Shown: one piece after another, positions 25,695 through 39,015 of the stretch
How positions within the stretch are numbered: the stretch's first letter is position 1
How the letters are laid out: every line of letters starts with the position of its first letter
From: Lama guanicoe
Lineage: Eukaryota
NCBI GenBank assembly: GCA_013239625.1
Contig: MU054187.1
Location: 19,212,711 to 19,276,710, forward strand
DNA length: 64,000 nt
Direction: 5' to 3'
The notes under the pieces: generated by a model
What the model saw: only the letters and a program-made list of their open reading frames with translations
What the model was told of the DNA's origin: nothing
Databases searched by the model: none
Translations under genes and position numbers: made by a program

Positions 25695-28600
25695 TTAAAA
25701 AAAATTGAAGTATAGATTATTTACAATATTATGTCAATTTCTGGTATACGACATAACAATTCTATGTTTTTGTAGATTAAACTCAATTTAAAGTTATAAA
25801 ATATTGGTTATAGTCCCTGTGCTGTACATTACATCCTTGTATCTTATTTATTTTATACCTGGTAGTTTGTACCTCTTAATCCACTTCCCCTATCTTGTCC
25901 CTCCCTCCACATCTCTCCCCACTGGTTACCACTAGTCTGTTCTCTGTATCTGTGAGTCCTTTTCTGTTTTAATGTATTTTTTGAATTTCACATATAGGTG
26001 AAGACATACAGTATTTGTCTTTCTCTGTATAACTTATTTTGCTAAGTATAATACCCTCCAGGTCCATCCATGTTGTTGCAAATAGCAAAATTTCATTCTT
26101 TTCTACGGCTGAGAAATATTCCATTATGCCCATATACCATGTATGCTTTATCCATTCCTCTGTTGATGGACACTTAGGATGCATCCATGCCTTGGCAATT
26201 GTAAATAATGCTGCCTTGAACGTTGGGGTGCGTAGATCTTTTCAAATTAGTATTTTTGTTTTCTTTGGGTACATACCCAGGAGTGGAACTGCTGGATTGT
26301 ATGGTAGTTCTATTCTTAGTTTTCTGAGGCGCTTCCAGGCTGTTCTCCATAGTGGCTGCACCAATTTACATTCCCACCAACAGTGTACTGGGGCTCCTTC
26401 CTCCACATCCTTGTCAGCATTTGCTATTTGTAGACACTCTGATGATAGCTGTTTTGACAGGTGCGAGGGATTATAGAGTTTGTCTGACATAAGTATTGCT
26501 TCTCCTGGTTTCTTTCCTTTTCCATTTGCATGGGGTGCCTTTTTCCATCACCTCTTTTTCAAGATGTACGTGTGTTTACGTCTGCAGTGAGTTTCTTGTA
26601 GGCAGCATACAGATGGATCCTCTTTTTGATCCAGCCAGCTGCCGTAGTTTTTTGACTGAAGCATGTAGTCCGTTGATTTTGAAGGTGATTATTGCTAGGT
26701 ATGTACTTACTGCCATTTTGTTCCTTGTGTTCTGGTTATTTTTTGCGGTTCTTTGCTGTTCTTTTCTTCTCGTGGTCCCTTCCCTTGTGGCTTGATGATT
26801 TTCTTTAGTGTTGTGTTTGTGTTCCTTTCTCTCTAGTTTTTGTGCGTCGATTGAAGAGTTTTGATTTGGGGTTACTACGGAGTTCATATATGTGGACCTA
26901 TAACCATATCTATTCGTTTTAAACTCATAGTCATTTGACCTCAAACACATTCTAAAAGATCTACATTTTTTTACTCCTCCTCCCCCAACGTTTTGTGGTT
27001 TTGATACCATATTTTATATCTCATGCCTGCCCCTCAACTGTTTATTGTTATTATAGTTGATTTCACAATTTTTATCTTTCAATCTTTGTGCTAGCCTATT
27101 TAAGTGACTGACTCACCGCCTTTACTATATATTTGCCTTTAGCAGTGGGATTTTCCCCCTTTCTACAGTTTCTTTTTTTGTTGTGAGCCTTTTCTTTTCC
27201 AGTTAAAGAAGACCTTTTAACACTTCTTGTAAGGTTGGTGTAGCACTGATGAGCTCTTTTACTTTGTGCTTGCTTGAGAAGCCCTTTACCTCTCCTTCAA
27301 TCCTGAATGATAATCTTGCTGGGTAGAGTGTCCTCAGTTGTGAGTTTTTCCTTTCAGCACTTGAAGTATATCATGCCGCTCCCTTCTGGCCTGCCAAGCT
27401 TCCGCTGAAAAATCAGCTTTATGGGACTTTCCTTTGGGAACCCCTTCCAATGGGGAGGTATCTGTTTTTTCTTGCTGTCTTTAAAATTCTCTCTTTATCT
27501 TTCACTTTTGCCATTTAAATGGTGATACGTCTTGGTGTGGTTCTCTTTGTGTTCATCTTGTTGGGACTCTCTGTGCTTCTTGTACCTGAATATCTGTTTC
27601 CTTCTTCAGGTTTGGAAATTTTTCAGCTGTAATTTCATTAAATATATTTTCTACCCTTTTCTCTCTCTCTCTCTTCTCCTTCTGGGACCCCTTATATTGT
27701 GAATGTTAGTATGATGATGTTGTCCCAAGAGGTCCCGTAAGCAATTCTCACTTTTTCAAATTTATTTTCTTTTTGCTGTTCTGACTGGGTGACTTCCATG
27801 ATTCTGTCTTCCAGATCGTGTAAACGTTATTCCGTGTCACCTAATCTGCTATTAATTTCTTCCAGTATATTTTTCATTTCAGTGATTGTATTCTTCTGCT
27901 CTTACTGGTTCTTTTTTATATTTTTTAATTCTTTGCTGAAATTCTCACTGCATTCATCTAGTCTTTTCCCAAGTGCAGATATCATTCTTATTTCTATTTC
28001 TTTGAACTCTTTATCAGGTAAATTATTTATTTCTGTTTCATTAGGGTTTTTTCTAGGATTTTTTTTTCTCTTGTTCTTTCATTTGAAACATAATCCTCTG
28101 TCTTCTCCCTTTGTGTCCCTTTCTGTGTCTCTATGAAATTAGGTGAAACAGTTACCTGTCTCTTTCTTGAAGGGGTGTCCTTGTGTGGAAGTGTCCCTAT
28201 GCCATCTGCTTGTGCCTGGTGGCTTTGGTGGAAGAGCTGGCTCTGAAGTGAGCACTGGCCATGTCTCTCCCAGGATGTGCTGGCAGCTCAGCCGTGGTGG
28301 GAAGCAGAGCTGGAGTGGCAGGGGCTAGAGCCTGAGCCAGGTGTGAACCAGGCAGGGTTGTTCCAACACCATGGCTGGAGCAGGAGCCCTGAGGGAACCA
28401 GGTTTCTCCTGGGTAGGATGACAGTCTCTGCCTTGCTTAGAGGTCAGATCAGGGCTGGAGGGGGTTGGAGCCACACTACTAAGCAGATTTCCCTCCCTCC
28501 CAAGTGTGCTCACGGACAAGTGCTCTGCCAGCGGTGGGCTCAGCTCTGGAACTGTTTTGCTCCCCGTTGAGTGTGTGCACCGATGCGTGCTGGCCGTGGC

Positions 28601-29210
28601 CGCCTCCACCCTGGTCCGGGGCAGGGCTGGGGCCGGGTCGGTTCCATTCCCTCTGCCTTAGTGGGGAGCAGTGCAGGAGAAAGAGGGGCTGGAGCAGGAG
28701 CTGGTGAGGGCTGAGGGCTGAGGGCCCTGGGGGCCAGGTGCCTGGCTGGACAGAGCCCTAGGCACCATTCCTTTGCTACCTCCGTGCTGTGACTGGGAGG
28801 AATCAATTCTATGTGCTAGATCTTTGAGAGCAGAGTCTCAGGTTCTGACAGCCCTCCAGTAAGTCCCACTGGTTTTCACGCCAGCTCAGGGTGCTCATCT
28901 TCCCGGCGTCAGGCCCCGGGCTGGGAAGCCTAATGAGTGGCTCAAACTCCTCGCTCCTCGGTGAGGTTCCCCAAGGCTGCGACACCCGACTCCCTCCTGG
29001 CTGCCCCCCAAAGGGTGTAGGCCCCAACTGGATCGCTTCTCCTCCCCTCTACCAGACTCCATGTGGGTCTTTTACAGCCTTGGTTTTAGAAGAGCCGTCC
29101 TGCTAGTCTTCAGGCCTGTTTCAGCGAGAGTGGTTCTATATGGAGCTGTAGTTTTGACGTGTTTGTGAAGGAAGGGGAGCTCAGCATCTTCCTACCCCTG
29201 CATCTTGATC
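25695..29210 (-). mobile_element. Near-full-length L1 lacking most of ORF2 (5'UTR ~28150-29210, ORF1 ~27000-28150, EN start ~26480-26720, C-terminus and 3'UTR ~25695-26470)
   Basis: Minus ORFs give MAVSTYLAIITFKINGLHASVK (EN N-terminus) and HCWWECKLVQPLW...ELPYNPAVPLLG (C-terminus) only ~300 bp apart; GC-rich 5'UTR-like end. Confidence 0.8.
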
Positions 29211-30286
29211 CCGCCTAACAACATCTTTAAAGGCAAGTAATCCTTAGTCAGCCACTTGGGATAAAAGGTAACCAGACTCTAAACAAAGAGGAGATTTTAT
29301 TTTATTTTTTCTGGTGATATGTGTGTGGGGTGGGGGCGGTGGGAGAGAAAGAGAGAGAGAAAAGGAATTTAATTTAATGAGGATTTAATGAGATGGCAGG
29401 ACTGACAGGTAATTCAAAACTAAGCAGCTGGCAGAGAATCCACATCTCTCTCCTCCCTTTCCCCACAAACTCTGCAAACACTCCCCACATCACAGAAACT
29501 GAAATGAAGTCTATTATATTAAAAAACATAAATGATGTATATGGTTGATTGCTGAGGCGTGAGCAGGAGCCAGCAGTGTTCAGGAGAATAAAGAAAAAAA
29601 TGCGGCAGACTTGGGAGCTCTACAGGGCATGGAGAAAGAGGTCAAACTGATCTTGCCCATAACTCATGGGCCTGGCTACTCCAGCTAACATCTGGAATTC
29701 ACATGTGGCAACGAAGCCTGCACCTTCCTGCCTCACCTTTTGTGTTCATAGCAGTGTTGAGAAATGGACACATGTGCAATTTTGCAGAGGGCTCGTCAGC
29801 ATAAGATTGACGGCAATTCCACAATCCCAAATGTCACATTTGCTGGTCTGTCTTCCACCTGCTTGGGGAAGAGCTTCTCTGAGAGTTTGCATAGGGGACC
29901 TCCCTATGCCCTCTGGTCATTTTAACTCCGCATCTGAGACTATGCCCAGATAGCTCATCTATTCATTCATTCATTTATTCACTCATTAATTTAAAACAAT
30001 TTTTGAGAACCTACTATATGCCAGGCATTGTTTTAAGTACTGGGGATTCAGCAACGAATAAAAAAGACAAAAATATTTATCTTCATAGAGTTTATATGGT
30101 AAACTATTTCTTTTGTACTAGGACTTGGGGCTGATTTCATAGCATCACTGGGAGGAGAAAATAACCACATGTCATGATAAATGCCCTAATGGAGGTAAGC
30201 GCAGGTTATGGTAGAATTGGTGAGCCTGTCTTAGGGAATCAGGGAGGGCTTCCTGCAAGTGGTGTTGGCCTTGAGTAGGACAAGCA

Positions 30287-30764
30287 TGGAAGAAAGGTAA
30301 AATTTTCCTCCATCTTCTTAGGGGCTTCAACGGGGACTGACATAAGACAGATTAACAAAGGAAACACATACACATTTTATTTACATGGACATGGGAGCCA
30401 CAGGAAAAATGAAGACTCAAAGAAATGACTAGGCCTAAGTATTTATATACTGGGTCGAACAAAGGGTAGCGATTGTAAGAAAGTAACTAAAATATATGGC
30501 GGAACCAAAGGAAGATAAGAGTAATTTTAACAAGGTCTGTTTGTACAGATTTTTCTAGGCCTTCCCTCCCTGCCTTTGAAGATGAGAAAGTTTCTTCCTC
30601 CTAGGAGTGAGGGCACCATTCACGTGGAAGTTTTCTCTCCTGCTTTTAGGAGGAAAAGGGGAGGTCAGAGGGCCTTCCCTGCATCTGCCGTTTTTCAAGT
30701 GTCTTTCACTCAAAATAATATGCCAAACAGTATATTTTGGGGTGGCATGGCCTGAACGCCTTCA
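30287..30764 (-). mobile_element. ERV1 (MER34-like) solo LTR within an L2
   Basis: gacataagacagattaaca...ctcaaaataatatgccaaa...tattttggggtggcat...ccttca. Confidence 0.65.
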
Positions 30765-30859
30765 AGTGAGTTAAGTAGGTGAGAAAGTGAGGCAGAGGGA
30801 CAGTCGTAGGCACAGTGGCCTGGGGGACTACCCCAGCGTGGCTCTGGTATTTGATGGTC

Positions 30860-31305
30860 TAATATTTTCTTACTGCTGCTACAACACATCACCCAAACAC
30901 AGATTTATAGTTCTGGAGGTCAAAGGTCTGGAACGGCCTCACTGGTCTAAGGTCAAGGTGCCCACAGGGCTGCATTCCTTTCCAGAGACTCTAGTGAAGA
31001 ACCCATTTCCTCACTTTTTTTCCAGCTTCTAGAGGCCACGGCATTCTTTGTCTTGTGGCCTCTTCTGCATCTTCAAAGCAGGCAGCCTAGCATCTCCGAA
31101 CCTCTCTGTGCCTTCACTGGCCCTGTGGTTTGATTGGGCCCACGTGAAGAATACAGGATAATCTCTGCAGCTCAGGGTCAGCTGATTAGCAGTTTTAATT
31201 TCACCTGCCATCTTAATTCCCCCTTGACATGTGAGCTTTACATAGTCACAGGTTGTGGGGATTGAGACATGGACTTTTTTGGGGGGGGCATCTTTCTGCC
31301 TATCA
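30860..31305 (-). mobile_element. MLT1 (ERVL-MaLR) solo LTR
   Basis: gttctggaggtcaaag...ttccagcttctagaggcc...gattgggcccacg..aatacaggataatctc. Confidence 0.8.
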
Positions 31306-32633
31306 GAGATGGGAAGCTCCAGAAGGATATTGTAAGCAGAGAAGCCATGTGATCAGATTTGCATTCAGAGGAACAGCCTCTACAGTAGTGTGGAGATTGG
31401 GCTGGGGGTGTGGGGAGATGTGGCAAGATGGGGTGGAGCTGGGGTGCAGAGGCTATGAGTAAAAATCCCAGTTAAGAGACCAGTTCAGTAATTAAGTGAA
31501 AAATGATGAGGGCCTGTATACATGCACTCTAGGGAATGTAACCCTAGGATTCTTAGAAAAAAATTAATCTAATTAAGTTCGAGACACACCCCAGAGTAGG
31601 GAGAAGAGGAAATTGTTTTTCAATCCTGGTTTAAGGCAGGAACATCTGTGGAGCAGAGGCAAAGTCTTCATGCAGCATTTCCTTACTTTTCCCAAGAAGA
31701 AAGGTTTGCTTGGTTTGTACAACGGGGCTGTCGGACTAGGCCATCTCTCAAGATTTCTCCATCCTAATTTCTCCGATTCTGTGAAAAGGAGATGGGGCTT
31801 ATTTCCAGCTTATTTAGATTGGGGCTTAAAAATAAATTAACACATAGGACTGAAAAGACCTTCGCGACTATAACAACAGAGCCAATGCTTGGGCTCAGAG
31901 TCACTGTGTCACTGAACGACAGATGAGAGCAAACGCTTCCATAAGTCCCCAGAGCTGGGAGACTGATATTCTCAGGGTGTTTTCAGAAGAAACATAGCAG
32001 GTTTTAGTTTCAACTCTCTTTCACCTTGCAGGTGGGAAGAGTGAACTGAGGATGTGATTCCTACTGTGTCCATCAGGACTCCTGGTGGCAACTGAGGGGA
32101 GCTGACTCTGCCTTGGGAGGATCTTGAGGACACAGAGATTGGCTGGGGTTCTGACGTCTGGGCTGGAGGGCTGTCAGAAAGCAAGGGAGCACGGGGGCCT
32201 CAGAGCTGGGGACACACACAAGGGGTTGCAGCAGAAATGTCCGGAACATCGTGCAGCCCCTGTTTCTGAGAGTATCTGACCTCAGATTGTTCCCTCCACC
32301 TTTGGGTTGCTAGGTGGAGAGTCAAAGTTCTGCTTGGTCTGTTGGTCAGGTATACAAGCCCTTAGCTGGGAAGAAAGAATCTGGTCCCTCCCTCAGCTTG
32401 GTTTCCCATCTAGCCCCCTACTCACAATGAAAAATCTACGAGGAAGGACAGACCCCAACAAATGTGGTTTGTGGGAGTGGAATGGCTGGTAGCTAGGTAG
32501 CCAAAAAATGCCCGGTGTCTTCTAATCCATCTATCTTGCTTTTCCTCTCTGGCCCCTTCACCTCCTCTTGGCTGCCTTTCCGTTTGTTAACTTGCTGTAT
32601 AGAAGGTACGCCACATCAATTTAGACTGGTGTA

Positions 32634-32736
32634 GAATATCAAAACGAATATATGTATGTTTATGTATGACTGGGACATTGTGCCGTACATGAGAAATCGA
32701 CGCATTGTAACTGACTGTACTTCAATTAAAAAAAAA
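32634..32736 (+). mobile_element. ~100-bp L1 3'-end insertion
   Basis: tatgactgggacattgtgc...ttgtaactgactgtacttcaattaaaaaa; TSD tagactggt (32622-32630/32737-32745). Confidence 0.8.
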
Positions 32737-33597
32737 TAGACTGGTATAAGACGGGGCCCAGTTGCCAGGGTGAGTTAGAAAATGAGATTTTAAGAGTCAC
32801 TTTGATTCTTTTTGAGATTGCCCTCCTGATATAGCACCCTGAATGCTGCAAATCTAAACTCCAACCCAGATGGAACTTTTCAGCCAATTTCTAATTCGTC
32901 TCGGTGGTGCACGTGCTGCTTCTGAGGGCTTCCCAGCCACGGCTATGTGGGCAGACAGAACAAGCGTGGAGGACAGCCTTCAGGGACCATCGCCTGGGAG
33001 ATAGGTGCATTTGCAACAGTGATGTTTGCCCACTCGCCCACAATGCCTGTCCGGTATCCTGGCATGCGTGTCTTAATGCCAGTCAGTGCTCAAGGCAGAG
33101 ATGAGCTACATCGACTGCTTTGTTCTCTGGGAGTGTCTGTTTCCTGTTCAGAGGACCAGAGATGGAGAGGGCTAGTCATTATTGCTAAATTTCACTGTGA
33201 TATTGGTCCAAAGTGAGGAAACAGGATGAAATCCAGCCACTTGGGAAGAGCAAGGTCTGGCTTAAGGGATCACCCTCCGTGTGTCTGGCTGGAACCAGGA
33301 CATTGGATGACAAGAGAGCCACCAAGGGCGAGGCTAGCTGACTCCAATTCTGTGGTGGCCCTCATGCTGGTTGCAGAGAAGCAGACAGGACAGCCACTTT
33401 TCCCTCTTTCTGCATTATTATCATTTTGCGGGAATACTCAAAGACAGACCCACTGTGGCTGGAGGCTGGCAGAGGGGCAGATCCTCAGACACTCATCTCA
33501 GCACAGCCAGGGGGTGTAGGGGTCAACACCCCCTGGCTGTGTGACAGGTCCTGGGAGAAACTGGCATCATCCCCCAGAGTCAGGATGTGTTCCTGAT

Positions 33598-34115
33598 TGT
33601 TATCGAGTCCAAACTCGTTCTGCTCGCCACACGACAGGCCAATAACTGGGGGACAAGGTGCTGGGGCAAGGAGTAACGACTTTACTCAGAAATGTGGCAG
33701 ACTGAGAAGATGGGGGACTAATGTCCTGGAGAACTATCTTCCCCAAGTCAGAATTCAGGATCCTTTCATTCTAAAAAGGGGAGGGGGTGCAGTTGGTTGT
33801 TGCAAACTTCTTGTTTTCAGAAACCTTTGTTCTGGCAGCTGTCCACGTGGGTCAGGTCATGACGATCCTGTAAACCTCCCACAAGACAAATGTTATTCTC
33901 TGTCCTGCAACTTTTTATCTCTGTATGAACCGAGGAGTGCTTTACCTTTAAGGTCAGAGCCTTGAGAATGTGTTATCCTGTATATTTCAGGCTATTGGCA
34001 ACATTCTTTTACAAAAGGTTAAGAACCAGCAAGACTAAGCACAGGAAACAGAGCACAGGGTTAGACATAAAGGAACAGATCAAATACAGAGTCAGATTTG
34101 TTCCTTCCTATTACA
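33598..34115 (-). mobile_element. ERV1-class solo LTR
   Basis: TGTTA...TTACA termini; near-TSD tgat/tgac. Confidence 0.75.
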
Positions 34116-35585
34116 TGACCTTGATGACCGGAACCTGGGAGGCAAGGGGGCGATATCAGGGAGAACAGATGTGGAGAGAGACAGTGGCTGGACTTGCACT
34201 GCTGGGTGGGACAGGGACTTGGGTGCACCCACAGGCACCTGAGATCACCATTTGGAAAGAGCCCATCCCTGGAGACCTGCCCACCGGGATCCTCCCTCAG
34301 CCTGCGTGAGACTGTGGGGTAGCACCAGGGGGCGGGGACAGAGGTCATAATGAGAGGTTGCCTCCAGTGCGCATGTCCCCTGATTCTCCCCATCAAAGAG
34401 CCAGAATTTGGACGCCTGCAATGACAGAGAGACTGAACTGCCAGGTTAAAGGTGATTCACTTCTTTTCTTTTCACCTTCCTTTCCTGTGCTTTCACTCTC
34501 CCCAAACCCTGGAGTCACCTAAAGTAGCAAGTAGAGGGAAAGCAAGACAAGCAGATTTGGATAAGAAGAGGGGAAGAGTGACTCCCCACCTCCATCGCTT
34601 CTGAGCCTTGCAGAGAGCTACCGTCCAGGGAGTCTGCGAGAGAATTAGGTAAGAGTTGATGTTCAGTTAGGAAGTAGTGGTCTGAGTTACAGACTAGGAA
34701 TCTAACTCAGGTTTTTAAACAGATACTTTCATAAGTTGGAGTGACGTGAATACACATAACTGGAAAGAAAATGGTGAAATATGGCAACCCCATTGCCATT
34801 CATTCATTTATTCATTTTACAAATACTAACTGAATCTTGCCAGGAGACGGCTCTGTCTGTAGAGCTGGTCTTTCCGTCTTTAGCAGTGAGGGGGACAAGC
34901 CCTTTTTGGCTTTCTACAGCTGTCATAAGGTTCTCCTGGTGGCTCCCAGGGCCAGCCTCCAGAAGACCCTACCCTGTCCTTTCTCTCCATTCCCAGCGCT
35001 GTGTAGTTTGAAGGGCTCACGCAGCAAATCAGAAGAACGATTCTGGGTGGAGAAGGGTCTTTTTTTTTTTGTACCCCTGCAGTTTGTTTTCTAAATATCT
35101 CTAAACAAGTCAGGGACCAGAAGTGGCGAAACGTTAACCCCTCCGAGTCCTGCCTGACGGCTTCAGGAGTCCCAACACCACCTGCCGCTCTGTTCCTGCC
35201 TCGCATCCTGGAGGAGGGAGCCGTTTCTCACCTCTCTGTCGCTGAATTAGAAGTTAACCGCTTTCCGCAGCTGAATTAGAGGCTTGTACCGCAGCCAAAA
35301 CACAGTGTGGATGAGACAACTAAAGATGTCTTTTTTCAAGGGAAACAAAGAAATTAATTAAAGCCAGACAGGAAGCGTCTCCTGTGTGGTGTCTGGCGTT
35401 GAACCCTCCGTCGGGCCTGCAGGCGCCCACGGGGAGGGGGCGATGTGGCGGGTGGTGGATGGGAACCTAAACCAGACTCTGGGGTTCACGGAGGACCCCT
35501 CATGGGATCGGCGGCTGCCACCACTGTCAGTGCTGGTGAGGGGGCTGGTGGCCCGTGCCCACAGAGAGGAGAGTCGGTGTCCTGC

Positions 35586-35616
35586 GTGTGTGTGTGCGTG
35601 TGTGTGTGTGTGCGTG
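35586..35616. repeat. (GT)n microsatellite
   Basis: gtgtgtgtgtgcgtgtgtgtgtgtgtgcgtg. Confidence 0.9.
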
Positions 35617-36465
35617 CAAGTGTGCAGGGGCCTGTGTAGGGCCTGGGTCGGGGAAGGGTTGGAAGGACATTAAAAGAGTCATGACAACGATAAATGGGTA
35701 CCTTTTCTTTCCCCTGTGTAAAGGGACAGGGGCTCTGAAGGAAGGAACAAAGAAAACTAAATGTGTCTGGAGGAAAAGAAGTCAGGCTCTTTCATCAAGG
35801 TTATTTCATGCAATTCTTTGAGGTGAGCAAGGCCCCATTTTTAGAGATGAGTAGGACAAGATAGACAAGAGTGGCCAGTTAACCTGGCAAAGGTTAAATG
35901 GTGAACAGATGGCATTAGTGGGATGTGAATTCTGGTCTCTGACAGCACAGCGAGGAGGCAGAATCCCCTCCCCTGCGCTGCCTCTCCGACAGCCCCTCCT
36001 GGAGCGCCTTCCGGGGCCTGAGCCTGCTGGGGACTTACTAAGTGGAACTAACACCAGAGAAAAATCACTTTGCCTTTCCAGGCCTCTGGGCCTTCATTTG
36101 CAAAAGGAGGCAGATGAATGAGGTGAGCTCAGAGACTCCTTTCAGCTCTAATATTCTGTTTGTGAACCCCGAAGGAATGTGGGCAGTGCGGTGAGGTGGG
36201 GAAATCCAGACTCTAGACCCAGTTGGTGGTGGTGGAAGTCTTACCGCACCATCCGTCCCAGACTCACACAGCAGCCTTTAGTTTCTCAAAAGCTAACTTG
36301 GAATCGGACACGAATCTCCACTCTTCGACTGCAGCTCTTCTGCTTTTAGAGGGAAATGCAATGGCTGGCACATTGAACCCTCAGTAATTGTTTTATGAAT
36401 GAATAAGAGAGTGAATGGAACCCGGGGCTCTGTTGGCCCTGTGTGTATGTTGTGGGAGGGATGGG

Positions 36466-36518
36466 NNNNNNNNNNNNNNNNNNNNNNNNNNNNNNNNNNN
36501 NNNNNNNNNNNNNNNNNN
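36466..36518. other. Assembly gap (53 N) next to a poly-T run
   Basis: Run of N in the sequence. Confidence 1.
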
Positions 36519-38795
36519 TTTTTTTTTTTTAAAGCAAACAAAGATGGCGTTTCAGTGGGTGGGGAAGGGACTGACCTTGACGTGGTTACCTCGTAGACCC
36601 AGTTATACAGCTCAGCACACGCTGTTTCGTGGAAGAGAAGAAAAGAAGCAAAATGTTTAAGCTGCTGCCTGTTTGTCTTTGCTGCAAAGAGGGAGACCTC
36701 GCCTAGACGATGTTTTGTGTCTAGGAGCCGGCTCAAGAGTCTTAGAACATGTGATGGAAGGTCTGCGGCTCTGCGGAGAGTGGAGGACGAAACTGCGCAG
36801 TGTGTTCAAATCAAGAGACTGGGAGGCGAGTGTCGGGAGGGAGGAGGCACGTCGGGGGCGGGCACCGGCGGGGCAACTGCGATGCGTAAGATGCAGTTCT
36901 CACTTTTACCTGCAGCGACATTTCTCACCTTGGGAAGTGCTTTGTGTGAGTGGTTTCAAGGGAAACCGGAAAGGTGGGGTCTGGGTCATCGAAGAACAGG
37001 GAAGAGACCAGCTGCAGGAGCGAAGGAGGGAGACGGATGGCTCAGCGCCAAGCTCGAGCGGTGCCTGCCAGGACCCCCGCGCTCCGCAGCAATCTCGGGA
37101 CAGCCTTGAACTTCCCGCTGTATGCGGGCGCCGCGTTTGCCGAAACTGCGGAAGAGAGCGTGACCGTAGCTGAGATCATGCAGCCTGGTCGTGGAGCCCT
37201 GCGTGTGCGGGGCCTAGCAAAGGCAGGGAGAGGGCATTTGCTTTAGGGAAGAGTCAAAGCAGAGCCCTGCATGCACACGGCTGCTTTATCCCAAGACTCA
37301 GTGGGAAACCACTGGTGCCAGGGGGTATGAATATTTCACATTTTCCTCAGGAAACAATCTGTTAGTTTTACCCTTCCCCATATAACAAGATGTAGATGGT
37401 AACACAAGTGAGAGTCACTGGGGACAGTTGAAGGTCACCAGACCCAACTAGTTATGAAAAAATGAAGTGAGAAGCCCCCCGGGAGGGAAGACCGCGTAGG
37501 AAACAATGCTAACAATAATTGTGATCGACAACAAGAATCTCTGGACTTAAAGCGCTTCGTTTTCAAAGCTTCCCGGTAATTAACGAGTAAGAGGAGAGAG
37601 TAGGGAACATGTTTGTGGGAAAATAATTTTTACGTCAATTCAAGAACTGTTCCTTGGGTGTTACTGGACTGAGCAGTCGAGAGTGTTTAACTCCCTGTTG
37701 GTTCTGCCTTCCCGCTAAGTCTGCTTTATTGGGCCTCTATTCAGTTACCACACTGGTCTTCATTCGGGGGACTGCAGTCTTTCATCCAGCACTGGCCATG
37801 ATGATGCTATCATGTAACACTTACTCCCTGGGGCTGGGGTTAATGTCCACTAAGTTAATGGAAGAGAACTGTGAGTTTTCGGCAAACCCCTGTTTTGAAG
37901 CCCGCATGTGGAAGGGACCTACGATTTGGATCATGTCTGGTTAATCATGTTTCAGAGAAAACTCCAGTTTTCCAATTTATTATAATTGGAGAGTTTACAC
38001 CCCGCTCCATGTCATGATGTTGTATATCTTTCACCAAGAAGCTCAAAACAATATTACTGATTAATTATGAAACCAGTAGGTACATATTAAAACCAACAGG
38101 TAAATATTATATTACTAGCTATGAAAATGGAGATGTGGGTATTCTAAGCTCAAAATGAAATCAATAGTTACCCCACTTCAAACCCTCTCCTTCCATATTT
38201 GTGGTTCATCAATACTATCATCATCTATCCAAGAAACCCAGGAGTCATCTTTTCGTCTCTGTGCCCCCAATGCCCTAGATCTTATCAGTTGCCAGATCCC
38301 TTCTGCTCTACTACCTAATTATATATAGAATTAGTTTTTGTTTTTTTTTTTCCTGTCTCCTCTGGTCAAGCCCTCATCATATTCAAACTGGTTTCAGCAT
38401 CCTCTGTACAAACTCCAAGTGCCTCACACGGAAGCCCCTCAACTCCCTGCCATTGTATCTGTAAATGTCACATTCCTCCCAAGGTTGAGAGATCCAGGGA
38501 CATGGGGGAAGTCTGATCCACATTTGTGTTGCTAGCACACAGCCTGGAGCCTGGTACAATGGCACCCCGGAAACCTCCATCCATCCTTGAACTTGTGTTT
38601 TTGAAGCTCCTACTGTGTGCAAACACACTCATAGGCGAATGAGAACATGGCAACGAACAAAATGGATACTGCTGTCCCTACATACACTGCTTCTTACACT
38701 GATGCAGATATTTAACCTTTTATAAAGAAGTTTTGTAAATGTATGGAGTCAAATATACATGTCCTTTAAAAATATCATTTGTGTTTTTTTGTGGA

Positions 38796-39015
38796 CTGTT
38801 GACCCTTGAACAACATGAATTTGAACTGTGTGGGTCTACTTACTTGTGGACTTTTTTCAGTAAATTTGTACTGCTGTTCTACCCAGTCCACAGCTGGTTG
38901 AATCCAAGGATGTGGAACCACAGGGATGCAGGGTGAACCCTCAAGTTATCCTCTGATCTTCGACTGTGTTGGGGGTCAGCATCCTGAACTCCCCACATTG
39001 TTCAATGGCCAAATG
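38796..39015. mobile_element. MER8/Tigger2-derived MITE
   Basis: Degenerate TIRs ctgttgacccttgaacaac ... ttgttcaatggccaa. Confidence 0.75.

Noticed and set aside
26242..26490. Apparent in-frame L1 EN/C-terminal fusion protein
   Set aside because: The frame only joins through a later frameshift and the flanking ORF1/ORF2 are disrupted.
31537..32030. Possible additional LTR starting tgtaaccctagg
   Set aside because: Could not establish the far terminus or a TSD.
36673..37246. 166-, 130- and 98-aa plus-strand ORFs
   Set aside because: GC-rich background, no recognised homology or exon structure.
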